Of a stretch of 64,000 nucleotides of DNA, positions 9,705-19,435 are shown in pieces (position 1 is the first letter of the stretch; each line of letters starts with the position of its first letter). This stretch comes from Minisyncoccota bacterium (GTDB lineage: Bacteria > Patescibacteriota > Minisyncoccia > Phycocordibacterales > UBA9973), in the NCBI GenBank assembly GCA_041657445.1, contig JBBABV010000002.1, positions 3,364 through 67,363 on the forward strand, written 5' to 3'. The position numbers and the translations under genes were made by a program. A model generated the notes under the pieces. The model worked only from the letters and a program-made list of their open reading frames with translations. It had not been told where the DNA came from and made no database searches.

Positions 9705-10616
9705 TCATTTAAATAGATTATCGATTTCAGCCGACCAATTATCGCTATGTATTATCCTATTTTTTTGATAGTTATTTTTAAGTATTTCTGCTTTGGTCAT
9801 TTGAGAAAGTACCTCCCAATCAGTACCTAACACATAAGTTGCATTACCATAATGCAAACTTTCAAGTAAATAAATACTTTTATCTTTATATCCAAACACA
9901 AGATACCCAGTAAAACCTCCCAACCCTATCGCTATTTGGTTAGGTTTATAAGATTCAATTTTCTTGAATCTGTCGGCTATCATTGCTTTTTCCCCAGTAG
10001 ATCTCTTTTCAATAATTTCTTTAACTCTTTCATTAACTTTACTCCAAGGATTTATTCCAGGGGGTAGTAACTCCCAGTTGAGTCTAATAATTTTAGTTTT
10101 AACTGGCAGAGTTAAATTTTCTTTGAAAATCTGGAACTCATCAAATATTTCAAAAAACAAATTCATTGCATGCTTAATATCAGCATATTCACTTTTTGCT
10201 TTTTTAAATTTCTTTGAAATAACTATTTTCTTTGCATCTTTTTCAGCAATTTGAAACTCCAAACTTGGAGGAGGAACCAATTCTCTTTGCCATCTTTCAT
10301 ATGGCATATAATTTACACCACTATGTTCGTAGCCACCCCAATCAGTTAACGTCCATTCTCTAGGATAATAAACTGTCTCTTTTGGTAGATCCTTTCTGGG
10401 ATTTTCTTTACCTTCTGCATTAAATTCTGAAACATTTCCAAATATTGCAGGAAGAACAGTCTCGCCGATATTAACATCTTTAGAGAAACCTATTTTTTTG
10501 AGCAAATTCATTAAACTATCAGTAACTTCTACACCAATATAAAAATCTTCATTATCTTTTATTAAGGATAAATATTTTTCAGGATTAACTACTCTCTTAT
10601 GTCTTTTCTTTGCCAT
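9705..10616 (-). CDS. Uncharacterised protein (303 aa) in the CBASS operon
   Basis: Long ORF 4 nt after the lexA stop and 1 nt before the CD-NTase start; family not recognised. Confidence 0.85.
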   Translation of the reverse strand: MAKKRHKRVVNPEKYLSLIKDNEDFYIGVEVTDSLMNLLKKIGFSKDVNIGETVLPAIFGNVSEFNAEGKENPRKDLPKETVYYPREWTLTDWGGYEHSGVNYMPYERWQRELVPPPSLEFQIAEKDAKKIVISKKFKKAKSEYADIKHAMNLFFEIFDEFQIFKENLTLPVKTKIIRLNWELLPPGINPWSKVNERVKEIIEKRSTGEKAMIADRFKKIESYKPNQIAIGLGGFTGYLVFGYKDKSIYLLESLHYGNATYVLGTDWEVLSQMTKAEILKNNYQKNRIIHSDNWSAEIDNLFK

Positions 10617-10620
10617 AAAT

Positions 10621-11238
10621 TTAATATAGATCACCAGGGAGCACAGCAACGACTACTCCTTGTATGATGCAGTTATCTGTTAATATAATCGGCTTGTGGT
10701 TTTTGTTCGTTGACTTTGGTTGAAGTACAACAGCACCATTCGCTTTCTTAAACACTTTGACGGTTGCTTCGTCATTTATAAGAGCAACAACTTTATCGTT
10801 ATCTTCTGCTGTATCTTGCTGTCGAATCAAAAGCAGATCACCACTATTAATTCCTGCAAGATTCATTGAGTCTCCGATCGCACGCAAAAGAAAATATTTT
10901 GAACCCTTTTTAGCTAGTCCTGTTGATACAGGAATTAATGCTTGGATATTTTCTTCGGCAAGAACAGGTGCACCGCAAGTCACAGCACCTACCAAGGGCA
11001 CATCAACAGTGCTTATTGAAGCTGTTGTTTGTGATCCAGTAAGGATAAGTTGTCGCCCGATTTTCTTTATAAGTCCCGCATCGATTAGTCGATTAATTAC
11101 AAGACTCGCAGATCGTGGAGAAGCTCCACCTGTAACCTCATTAATCTCACTAAGCGTAGGGCTTTTGCCATAATGAACAATCTTGTTACGGATAAGGGCA
11201 AATGCTTTTTTATCTTTGTCGCTAAGGTTATTTGTCAT
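10621..11238 (-). CDS. lexA: LexA-family repressor (HTH + S24 peptidase)
   Basis: SPTLSEI HTH; VPLVGAVTCGAP cleavage loop (Cys-Gly); GDSM Ser; EATVK Lys. Confidence 0.9.
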   Translation of the reverse strand: MTNNLSDKDKKAFALIRNKIVHYGKSPTLSEINEVTGGASPRSASLVINRLIDAGLIKKIGRQLILTGSQTTASISTVDVPLVGAVTCGAPVLAEENIQALIPVSTGLAKKGSKYFLLRAIGDSMNLAGINSGDLLLIRQQDTAEDNDKVVALINDEATVKVFKKANGAVVLQPKSTNKNHKPIILTDNCIIQGVVVAVLPGDLY

Positions 11239-11239
11239 G

Positions 11240-11296
11240 GTATAAATAGTATAAATTACTCTATACAAAAAAGCAAGTATTTGCTATGATGTCTTT
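11240..11296. promoter_or_regulatory. Divergent promoter region with candidate operators
   Basis: GTATA-N8-TATAC (11249-11266); near-palindrome AGCAAGTATTTGCT (11272-11285); TGcTATGAT 6 nt before ATG 11297. Confidence 0.45.
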
Positions 11297-11920
11297 ATGA
11301 AAAATGACCAGAAAAAACCAATGACTGTCGGTGAACTGGTGGCAAAGATACATCCCCCTGTCTTGAGTGAGGGGCAGATTTCTCAATTCCAGGAAATCGG
11401 TAAAAGACATGCCGAAATGATTGAGAATGTGAGAAAGGTCGCTCAACCTATTATTGAACAAATGAATCGTGTTAGAGAACAGATAAAGATTTTTGAACCA
11501 GTAGAGTATCCTGAGATCGTATTTAATCGCCCTGTTGAGTATGACATTTTGGAAGAACTTCAAGAACTAAATAAAAACCACAAGCGACTTCTGTCCTCAG
11601 GCCAGGATAGCAATGTAATTATTTATGATACAAGAAACGGATCGCTCGACAGACATTTAGGCGGTAAACTTTTCTCATACGACCTCACTGAAAATGGAAA
11701 AAGAAAACAATTACTTGAAATACTTCTTGACCGTGGCACATATGTAAAAACAAAAGAACTTGAATCCATGCTTTCATCGCCAGCCATAGCAAAAATAGTT
11801 CAGACTTTTAATGACTATGCGATCAACACCCTAAGGCTTCCAAAGAAAACAAAACTCATTCAAGGAAAGAAAGGCTCTGGGTATCGTATCAATCCTAAAA
11901 TACACATAGAGAAAGAGTAA
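11297..11920 (+). CDS. Hypothetical protein with C-terminal winged-HTH-like end
   Basis: Ends ...LIQGKKGSGYRIN, resembling the OmpR-type wing. Confidence 0.6.
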   Translation: MKNDQKKPMTVGELVAKIHPPVLSEGQISQFQEIGKRHAEMIENVRKVAQPIIEQMNRVREQIKIFEPVEYPEIVFNRPVEYDILEELQELNKNHKRLLSSGQDSNVIIYDTRNGSLDRHLGGKLFSYDLTENGKRKQLLEILLDRGTYVKTKELESMLSSPAIAKIVQTFNDYAINTLRLPKKTKLIQGKKGSGYRINPKIHIEKE

Positions 11921-11956
11921 ATTCCTAAGTTGACACCAAGTTGAGTGGATAACTTT

Positions 11957-11987
11957 GAAAAATCGCCTTTAAATAGGCGTTTTTTCT
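11957..11987 (+). terminator. Intrinsic terminator
   Basis: CGCCT-ttaaat-AGGCG + T-tract. Confidence 0.6.
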
Positions 11988-12093
11988 TTATGCTACTCAA
12001 TTTTATGCCAATTACATGCCTATGTACCTTTTTGATTTCATAGAGTTAGTAGATTAGTCATCTACAAATTTATAAGTAATCAAATAAAACTCT

Positions 12094-13371
12094 ATGAATA
12101 AAAAACCTTCATGGAAAACAGGAGTTCGAGAAGTCAAAGACTTACTCCCTTGGAAAGAAAATCCAAGAAAAATCTCACGGGTCGCTATGGAGAAATTAAA
12201 AGAGAAAATCATTCAAAGTGGTTTTCATAGTGTGATTGTCATTGATACAGACAACACCATTATCTCTGGCAACCAAAGAAAAACAGCTTTGATACAGCTC
12301 GGTATCAAACAAGTAAATGTATTAATCCCTGATCGCAAACTATCAGACGACGAACGTCGCAAGATTGCTATTGAAAGCAACATCAACGACGGTGAATGGG
12401 ATTTCGAAAAGCTTAAATCTTTTGATTTAGAGCTTTTACAATTTGCTGGATTCAACGAAAAAGAATTGGTTAAGTTTTGGGACGAAGAAAAGGATTCCAA
12501 AGATGATAAATTCGATGTCGATAAAGAGTTAAAGAAAATAAAAACACCACAAACGAAACCTGGCGACCTCATTGTTATGGGCGGTCATAAGTTGTTGTGT
12601 GCTAGTTCTACCGATATGAATGCTGTCACCAAACTATTCGGAAATGATAAAGCTACCGCTATCTATAATGACCCACCTTTTAATATCGGACTCTCATACG
12701 ATAAAGGTGTGGGCAATAAATCTAACTATGGAGGTACCTTTGACGACAATCAATCACCTGAAGAATACAAAGAATTTATTCGCAAGGTTCTAAAATCTTC
12801 ACTAGCCGTATCTAATAAGGACGTACACGTCGCTTTCTGGTGTGATGAAGCCTGGGTGTGGGTTTTTCAAACGCTCTATATGGAAAATGGAGTTAAGAAC
12901 CGAAGACTTAATGTCTGGATCAAAAACAATTCGTCGCCGACACCTACTGTTGCGTTCAATAAGTGTCTTGAGTATTGCGTGTATGGCACGAAAGGATATC
13001 CATATATTTCTGATCTCGTAAAAAATCTCAACGAAGTACAAAACAAAGACTACGGAACTGGCAATCAACTTCTCGAAGATATCTCAAATATCTGGGCAAC
13101 AAAACGACTACCTGCGAATCAAATGGAGCATGCGACGAGTAAAAATCCTGAATTACACCATAAGTTTATTATGCGTTGTACCAAGCCAGGAGACATCATT
13201 TTTGATGCCTTCTCTGGATCTGCTAGCACTATGATCTGTGCGGAACAACTTGGTCGAAAGGTTTATTCCCTAGAAATAGAACCTGTGTTTTGTGATTTAG
13301 CAATTCGTCGTTATGAAAAATTAACTGGTCACAAGGCACAAGTAATCAAGAATTTCTATGAAAAAGAATAA
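12094..13371 (+). CDS. ParB-like domain fused to N6A/N4C DNA methyltransferase
   Basis: NPRKIS...IISGNQR (ParB-like); NDPPFN and FDAFSGSAST MTase motifs. Confidence 0.85.
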   Translation: MNKKPSWKTGVREVKDLLPWKENPRKISRVAMEKLKEKIIQSGFHSVIVIDTDNTIISGNQRKTALIQLGIKQVNVLIPDRKLSDDERRKIAIESNINDGEWDFEKLKSFDLELLQFAGFNEKELVKFWDEEKDSKDDKFDVDKELKKIKTPQTKPGDLIVMGGHKLLCASSTDMNAVTKLFGNDKATAIYNDPPFNIGLSYDKGVGNKSNYGGTFDDNQSPEEYKEFIRKVLKSSLAVSNKDVHVAFWCDEAWVWVFQTLYMENGVKNRRLNVWIKNNSSPTPTVAFNKCLEYCVYGTKGYPYISDLVKNLNEVQNKDYGTGNQLLEDISNIWATKRLPANQMEHATSKNPELHHKFIMRCTKPGDIIFDAFSGSASTMICAEQLGRKVYSLEIEPVFCDLAIRRYEKLTGHKAQVIKNFYEKE

Positions 13372-13765
13372 ATTTCAAGATCAGTTCCTTGATGAACTAC
13401 GGAAAGTGCCGATCGTTCAAGTGGCATGCGAGAAGACAGGATTGTCTCGCAATAGTGTCTATCGTTGGCGAAAAGATGATAAAGAATTTATCAAGAAAAT
13501 GGATGGTGCACTTTCTGAAGGTGTCGCTTTGGTAAATGACATGAGTGAGAGCCAACTACTCACTCTTATTAAAGAGAAAAACTATCCTGCGATTAGTTTT
13601 TGGCTTCGTCACCGAAATGATAATTACAAGAACAAACTTGAAATTACTACCAAGGATGACAATGAAGAACTGACACCGTCACAAGCAAAAATCGTAAAAC
13701 AAGCACTCAAACTCGCAAAAATTACCAAGTCGAAATCTATTAAAAACATTAATCGTAAAAAATAA
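13358..13765 (+). CDS. HTH protein, putative terminase small subunit
   Basis: VACEKTGLSRNSVYRWRKDDKEF HTH, AISFWL; directly upstream of terL. Confidence 0.65.
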   Translation: MKKNKFQDQFLDELRKVPIVQVACEKTGLSRNSVYRWRKDDKEFIKKMDGALSEGVALVNDMSESQLLTLIKEKNYPAISFWLRHRNDNYKNKLEITTKDDNEELTPSQAKIVKQALKLAKITKSKSIKNINRKK

Positions 13766-13767
13766 TT

Positions 13768-15264
13768 ATGACTAAAATAATTTCAAAAGCACTGGTTAAT
13801 ACGATGATAAAAGATCGTTCAGTGCGAACATCAATTACAAAAGATAGTTTCCTGTACTTTTTCCACTTCTACTATGCACACTATGTGAAATACGAAACGG
13901 CAGACTTCCAAAAAGAGATTATTCATAATCTCGAAAAGAGCACCACTGAAAACTTATATGTGGTGGCGTTTCGTGGATCTGGAAAATCCACCATGGTGAC
14001 AACTGCATATCCGATTTGGGCAATCCTCGGAAAACAGCAAAAGAAGTTTTGTATTATCTTTTGCCAAACACGAGCACAGGCAAAACAACACATGATGAAT
14101 ATTCGTACAGAGCTTGAGGGTAACGATGTACTTAAAAAAGACCTCGGACCATTCCAAGAAGAAAGCGATGAATGGGGTTCATTCTCCCTTGTATTCAAGA
14201 AGCACGGAGCAAGAATTACCGTAGCTTCTGCCGAGCAAAGTATTCGTGGTATTCGCCACAACGAACACCGCCCAGATTTAATAATCTGTGACGATGTTGA
14301 AGATGTGCAATCAACCAAAACTCGTGAAGGTCGAGAAAAGACTTATAACTGGCTCCGTGGTGAAGTTATACCTGCTGGTGATAGGAATACTCGACTAATC
14401 ATTGTCGGAAACTTACTCCATGAAGATTCGCTGTTAATGCGAATAAAAGACGAGATTGCTAAAGGTAAAGCAAAAGGAATATTTAAAGAGTATCCGTTGA
14501 TTGATAAGAATGGTGTGTGCTTATGGTCTGGAAAATATGCAACAGAAAAAGATCTTGAAGATGAGAAGTTAAAAGTTGCCAGTGAAATATCTTGGCAACG
14601 AGAATATTTACTTCGTATTATTCCGAGCGATGATCAAGTTATCTACCCAGAGTGGATTCAATTTTATGATGAACTGCCAGGAGAAAAACATCGTGGCTAT
14701 CGTGGTACTTATGCAGGCGTAGATCTTGCTATATCAGCGTCAGAAACTGCCGATGATACTGCTGTGGTGTTTGCTCACATTTATTCACGCCGTGAGAAAT
14801 TGCGAATCTACATACTACCTAACCCTATTGCAAAGAAACTTAACTTTCCTGCACAGGTAGATCTCATGAAAGATATTCGTAACACACTACTCACAAGAAG
14901 TTCTGATGAATTATTTGTTGAAAGTGTTGCGTATCAAGAAGCTCTACCTCAAATGCTCGAACATCATGGTGTTAAGGCTACAGCAATTAAACCCAAAGGA
15001 GATAAGCGAACAAGACTAGCTCTTACTTCGACTGCAATAAAATCAGCAAAGATTTTATTCCCAAGAGAAGGATGTGAAAGACTTATCGAGCAATTGGTCG
15101 GATTCGGTGTTGAAAAGCATGACGACTTAGCAGATGCATTTTCTCTCTTGATCAACTCAACCATGGACAAGCATTCGGGAGAATCAACATGGCTTATGTA
15201 CTGGATGGGAGACGATGAACCTTTGTACTTTAGGGATTATGTAGATATGGATCAAAAAAAGTAG
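13768..15264 (+). CDS. Terminase large subunit-like ATPase-nuclease
   Basis: Walker A FRGSGKST, Walker B IICDDVE, RNase H-like GVDLA and HDDLADA. Confidence 0.85.
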   Translation: MTKIISKALVNTMIKDRSVRTSITKDSFLYFFHFYYAHYVKYETADFQKEIIHNLEKSTTENLYVVAFRGSGKSTMVTTAYPIWAILGKQQKKFCIIFCQTRAQAKQHMMNIRTELEGNDVLKKDLGPFQEESDEWGSFSLVFKKHGARITVASAEQSIRGIRHNEHRPDLIICDDVEDVQSTKTREGREKTYNWLRGEVIPAGDRNTRLIIVGNLLHEDSLLMRIKDEIAKGKAKGIFKEYPLIDKNGVCLWSGKYATEKDLEDEKLKVASEISWQREYLLRIIPSDDQVIYPEWIQFYDELPGEKHRGYRGTYAGVDLAISASETADDTAVVFAHIYSRREKLRIYILPNPIAKKLNFPAQVDLMKDIRNTLLTRSSDELFVESVAYQEALPQMLEHHGVKATAIKPKGDKRTRLALTSTAIKSAKILFPREGCERLIEQLVGFGVEKHDDLADAFSLLINSTMDKHSGESTWLMYWMGDDEPLYFRDYVDMDQKK

Positions 15265-15336
15265 TTGCGAGTATGCAATATTTCGCTAGTTCTGCATAGA
15301 CTTAGCAAAACGCTCAAATTGCGTCATCAATATAAT

Positions 15337-16656
15337 ATGGAGACGCAATATATAAGCAATTTAGGAGTAAGAACAGAGGTACCAAAAACCAAGATTCGGT
15401 ATGTCCTGTATGCTCGAAAATCAACTGAATCGGACGAAAAACAAGCCTTGTCTATTGAATCACAAGTTAAGGAAATGCTTGCTATCGCCGACCGTGATAG
15501 CTTAACGGTTGTTGATATTAGACGTGAATCTCACTCGGCTAAAGAATCTGGTCAACGACCAGTATTTAGAGAGGTATTAGAGGATGTAAGGCGTGGTAGG
15601 TATAACGGCATACTCACCTGGGCCCCTGATCGTCTATCGAGAAACGCTGGTGATCTGGGATCAGTAGTTGACCTTATGGACGAGACGAAACTTCTTGAAA
15701 TAAGAACATACGGACAACACTTCAAAAATTCTCCCAATGAGAAGTTTCTTTTGATGATCCTGTGTTCACAAGCCAAACTCGAAAACGATAATAAAAGTAT
15801 CAATGTAAAACGAGGGCTACGAACAAGATGTGAAATGGGGCTTCGTCCAGGTCCTGCTGTAGTTGGATATCTCAACGAAAAACGAATGGATAAAAAATGT
15901 GAGGTTGTTATAGATCCAGAACGAGCACCAATAGTTAAACAAATGTTTGAAAAAGTGGCATACGAAAAGTGGTCAGGAAGAAAACTCTACCACTGGCTAA
16001 AATTTGATCTAAACTTCAAAACTCGAAGTGGCAACAAAGGTCTTACTCTTAGTAACATTTATCTCATACTTCAAAACCCATTTTATTATGGGGTTTTTGA
16101 ATATCCTCGAAAGAGTGGAAATTTTTATACAGGAAAACACGAACCGATAATCAATAAAGAACTTTTTGATCTGGTTCAAGAGCAAACAAAAAGCCAAGTA
16201 CTACGGACCCAAGAACCAAAAGAATTTGCTTTTACAAAAATGATGACATGTGGACTTTGTGGATCGGGAATCTGTGCAGATGAAAAGTTTAAAAAGTTAA
16301 AAGACGGATCAGTGAATAGACATATATATTATGGATGTACGAGATCAAAGGATAAAAATTGTAAGTGTGGGTATATAAACGAAAGTGAACTAATACAACA
16401 ATTTGAAAAGCTGATTGATCAAGTAAATATCAATGAGATTGGAATGAAAGAGAAGATTAAATATGAGGTTGAGCGAATAAAACGCTTTAATCAATCTGTA
16501 TTAAATACAAAACAACAGATACAAATAAAAGACGTAGACATTAGAGACTACGCCAAATTTATTTTAAAAGACGGCTTGATTGAAGAGAAGCGAGAATTAT
16601 TAACTTGTTTTAAGAGTAAGATTATATTGAAAAATAAAATAGTTTCAATTAATTGA
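15337..16656 (+). CDS. Large serine recombinase
   Basis: YARKSTE catalytic Ser, DRLSRN, recombinase domain NPFYYG..HEPII, zinc ribbon CGLCG...YYGC. Confidence 0.92.
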   Translation: METQYISNLGVRTEVPKTKIRYVLYARKSTESDEKQALSIESQVKEMLAIADRDSLTVVDIRRESHSAKESGQRPVFREVLEDVRRGRYNGILTWAPDRLSRNAGDLGSVVDLMDETKLLEIRTYGQHFKNSPNEKFLLMILCSQAKLENDNKSINVKRGLRTRCEMGLRPGPAVVGYLNEKRMDKKCEVVIDPERAPIVKQMFEKVAYEKWSGRKLYHWLKFDLNFKTRSGNKGLTLSNIYLILQNPFYYGVFEYPRKSGNFYTGKHEPIINKELFDLVQEQTKSQVLRTQEPKEFAFTKMMTCGLCGSGICADEKFKKLKDGSVNRHIYYGCTRSKDKNCKCGYINESELIQQFEKLIDQVNINEIGMKEKIKYEVERIKRFNQSVLNTKQQIQIKDVDIRDYAKFILKDGLIEEKRELLTCFKSKIILKNKIVSIN

Positions 16657-19435
16657 ATTTAGAAATATACTTTTCAAGCGCAGATAACATGTCTTTTACA
16701 GACAATTTATCTTTTGGTGAAGATCCAACTATATGATCTATGTATTTTGGTTTTTTAAGCTCTGTTAGTATGTTTGCACTTTCGTTACCCTTCGCAGAAT
16801 GATGATATATTTGTGCTGTAATAATTAAGTTATATTTACTTTGACCTCTTTTAAGCCCAGAGAACACATCAGAGCTTTTTAATTTTGAGTTTGATATAAA
16901 TTGAATATCCCAATCATTTGCCCCAAGTCCGTATTTAGTAAAGTACTTTCTTGTATCTTTTAATATCAAATCATCATCAACAGTTTCTCCGATAATACAT
17001 ACATTAAAAGGTTTTGGGAGTTTAACATCCTGATCTTCTAAAATAGAAGATTCTTCTTTTAGCATCAATTTTGCATTATCTAGGTCTATTTTGAGTATTT
17101 CTTTTTCAGTTTCAATATCTTTAATCTTCTTTATGGCCTGATTAAGTTCTTCTTCATATAAATCTAACAATTCTTGATCTTCTTTAGATTCTGCTTTCGT
17201 TGCCTTAGATACAACTTTTCTACTTTGCGAAAAACGAATCAAGTCGTACTCATATTTTGAAGAAAAAGTATCTAAGCTTTGCTCGTTTAGACTATGGAAA
17301 AAATTTATATAATCCCTCGGTGAAAGAATGAAGAAAAGGATATTATCTTTACCTTTATACTTCTCAACATAAGCTTTCCCAGCATTAAGTTTTAGTAGGT
17401 TTTCATTTTTAAAATCCTTATCATCTTTTATCTCGACAATAATGGTTTCTTTCTTTGTCTTTAGGATAAAATCTGGATAAAAGCCATAGAGTGCATCTTC
17501 TCCACTTTTTGGATTTTGTTTTTTATAAGGTATTCCAAAAAATTTACTCTCTCTTTCTCCATTTTTAAACCACCAAACTAAATAATCTTCTGATGATTCA
17601 AGCTTAGACACAAACTTGTTTTCAGGTTTTGATATAGTAAGTCTTGAATTTTTATCTTTTTTTAAATAGTAAGGAGACATTATAGACTTTTGTATATCTA
17701 CTTGTTCTTCAAAATCATTAAATACGCTTATATCTTCGGGGATTTGCCAATTACTATTCTCGACAATAGTATCTTGTTGGGTTGGGAGATTCGCGTATTT
17801 ATTTTTTGCAAGATCAATCAATTCCTCTATCTCTGTCTTATTTTTATCTCTTATAACTATGTTCGCGATTTGATCTTCGTCATCTATTTTAAATAGAGTT
17901 ATAAAAAGTGCCCTCAAATGACTTTTCAAAGTATTGGTTGAGTCTGATTTTGCATAAGGAACAGTGCAAGATTCTAAAAATCTATTATAAGAATCAAAGA
18001 CTTCTTCTCTATTTTTTTCGATTTCAATTTCACTCTTAAAATCAATATCTTTTCTTTTTTCATCGATAGTTTTTGCAGAACCACCGACACCCACAACTTT
18101 TTTGTAAGTAGCGATACTGGTCACCAACTTCTTTTTTGTATTTAATTCTTCAGCCGAATCAAAAAGACATTTTTTGAAAGGAGCCTGCAGGCGAGTTATT
18201 TCTCGTTTCCGTCTTATTTGCGCACTAGGCAAATCAATATTTCTATATTTTGTATTATCTCTCAACATTGTTGCGCTACTTGCATAATCTTTAGCAATAT
18301 CTTCAACTATCGTAAAGTTATCAGAAGCTGTAAATACATAACCAAAATTTAAATCTTCACAAGATTCGTAATGCTTTTGTTCTGGCATACGCATAATACG
18401 CCCCAATGTTTGAACATTAAACTCATAGTTTTCAGAGTTCCATTCCTTTTGAAGTAAAAGTATAGAAGCTCTAGGGCAATCCCACCCAAGAGCAATAGCG
18501 TCTTTAAAAATTAAAACTTCGATCTCGCTTGTATTCTCACGGACATTAAAAAGATGGTCTTTATCTTCTTGGTTTAAATAAATTCCTAACTTTCCTGCAT
18601 CTTTTGTAATACCGAATTTAGATAAAACATCAATAATTTTTTCTTCAGGAGGTCTTTGTCCTTTTTTAGCATCAGGAATTTGTATTAATAAAAGAGGATT
18701 AATTTTTAAACCTAATTTTTCATAACTAGCTTTTAATTGTTTTCTTTTTTGTAATGCTACGTTTACAATATCTTCATTATTTTTTACAAAATCCTTTTTA
18801 AGCCCGTAGTTTATCTTTACTTCTTTTTTTATCATTCCTTCAGCAACAACCTCTTCAATCTTTATCTTTATAGGTATTCCACTTATATCTTTTGGTGTGG
18901 CCGACATTTCAATAGTTAAATCTGGTTCGATGATAGACAGTACCTCTTTTGCTTTAGAGGTTTTTGCAGAGTGATGACTCTCGTCAATAATTAATACAAT
19001 TTTTCTACCCTCATCTTTTGTATTTGAAATTATTTTAGATAAGTTCCAATCATCCTCGTTTTCAACCATGAAAAGATTTCCCTCACGATTCAAACTCTGC
19101 CAATTTATAAATAAGATTTGATTTTCCTCTAAAACATTTCCAACAATATCTCTTGCTTCAACACACTCCAAAAGACGATCATTTTCAAAGTGAAGTTCTA
19201 AGCTTTCGCTACTTTGTCTATGTAGATTATTTACAGAAATCCACACAAAAGAAAGAGTCTCTTTTGACTGTAATTCTTTTACGATACGAATCATTGATTC
19301 GGCCATCATTGTTGTTTTCCCTGAACCGGTTGGAGCTTGAAATATGAGAGTTTGAGGGTCAGAGTCACTTAAATAAGTAACGGAATGGTTTACTATTTTT
19401 GCTATTGCTTTTTGTTGATAAATTAATTGTTTCAT
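16649..19435 (-). CDS. res: Type III restriction enzyme Res subunit
   Basis: APTGSGKT, IIDESHH, MSATP, GWDCPRA, QTLGRIMR, FYPDF..VEIK nuclease. Confidence 0.88.
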   Translation of the reverse strand: MKQLIYQQKAIAKIVNHSVTYLSDSDPQTLIFQAPTGSGKTTMMAESMIRIVKELQSKETLSFVWISVNNLHRQSSESLELHFENDRLLECVEARDIVGNVLEENQILFINWQSLNREGNLFMVENEDDWNLSKIISNTKDEGRKIVLIIDESHHSAKTSKAKEVLSIIEPDLTIEMSATPKDISGIPIKIKIEEVVAEGMIKKEVKINYGLKKDFVKNNEDIVNVALQKRKQLKASYEKLGLKINPLLLIQIPDAKKGQRPPEEKIIDVLSKFGITKDAGKLGIYLNQEDKDHLFNVRENTSEIEVLIFKDAIALGWDCPRASILLLQKEWNSENYEFNVQTLGRIMRMPEQKHYESCEDLNFGYVFTASDNFTIVEDIAKDYASSATMLRDNTKYRNIDLPSAQIRRKREITRLQAPFKKCLFDSAEELNTKKKLVTSIATYKKVVGVGGSAKTIDEKRKDIDFKSEIEIEKNREEVFDSYNRFLESCTVPYAKSDSTNTLKSHLRALFITLFKIDDEDQIANIVIRDKNKTEIEELIDLAKNKYANLPTQQDTIVENSNWQIPEDISVFNDFEEQVDIQKSIMSPYYLKKDKNSRLTISKPENKFVSKLESSEDYLVWWFKNGERESKFFGIPYKKQNPKSGEDALYGFYPDFILKTKKETIIVEIKDDKDFKNENLLKLNAGKAYVEKYKGKDNILFFILSPRDYINFFHSLNEQSLDTFSSKYEYDLIRFSQSRKVVSKATKAESKEDQELLDLYEEELNQAIKKIKDIETEKEILKIDLDNAKLMLKEESSILEDQDVKLPKPFNVCIIGETVDDDLILKDTRKYFTKYGLGANDWDIQFISNSKLKSSDVFSGLKRGQSKYNLIITAQIYHHSAKGNESANILTELKKPKYIDHIVGSSPKDKLSVKDMLSALEKYISKFN

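Noticed and set aside
12094-16656. Intact prophage
   Set aside because: No portal, capsid, tail, lysis or replication genes between the att repeats
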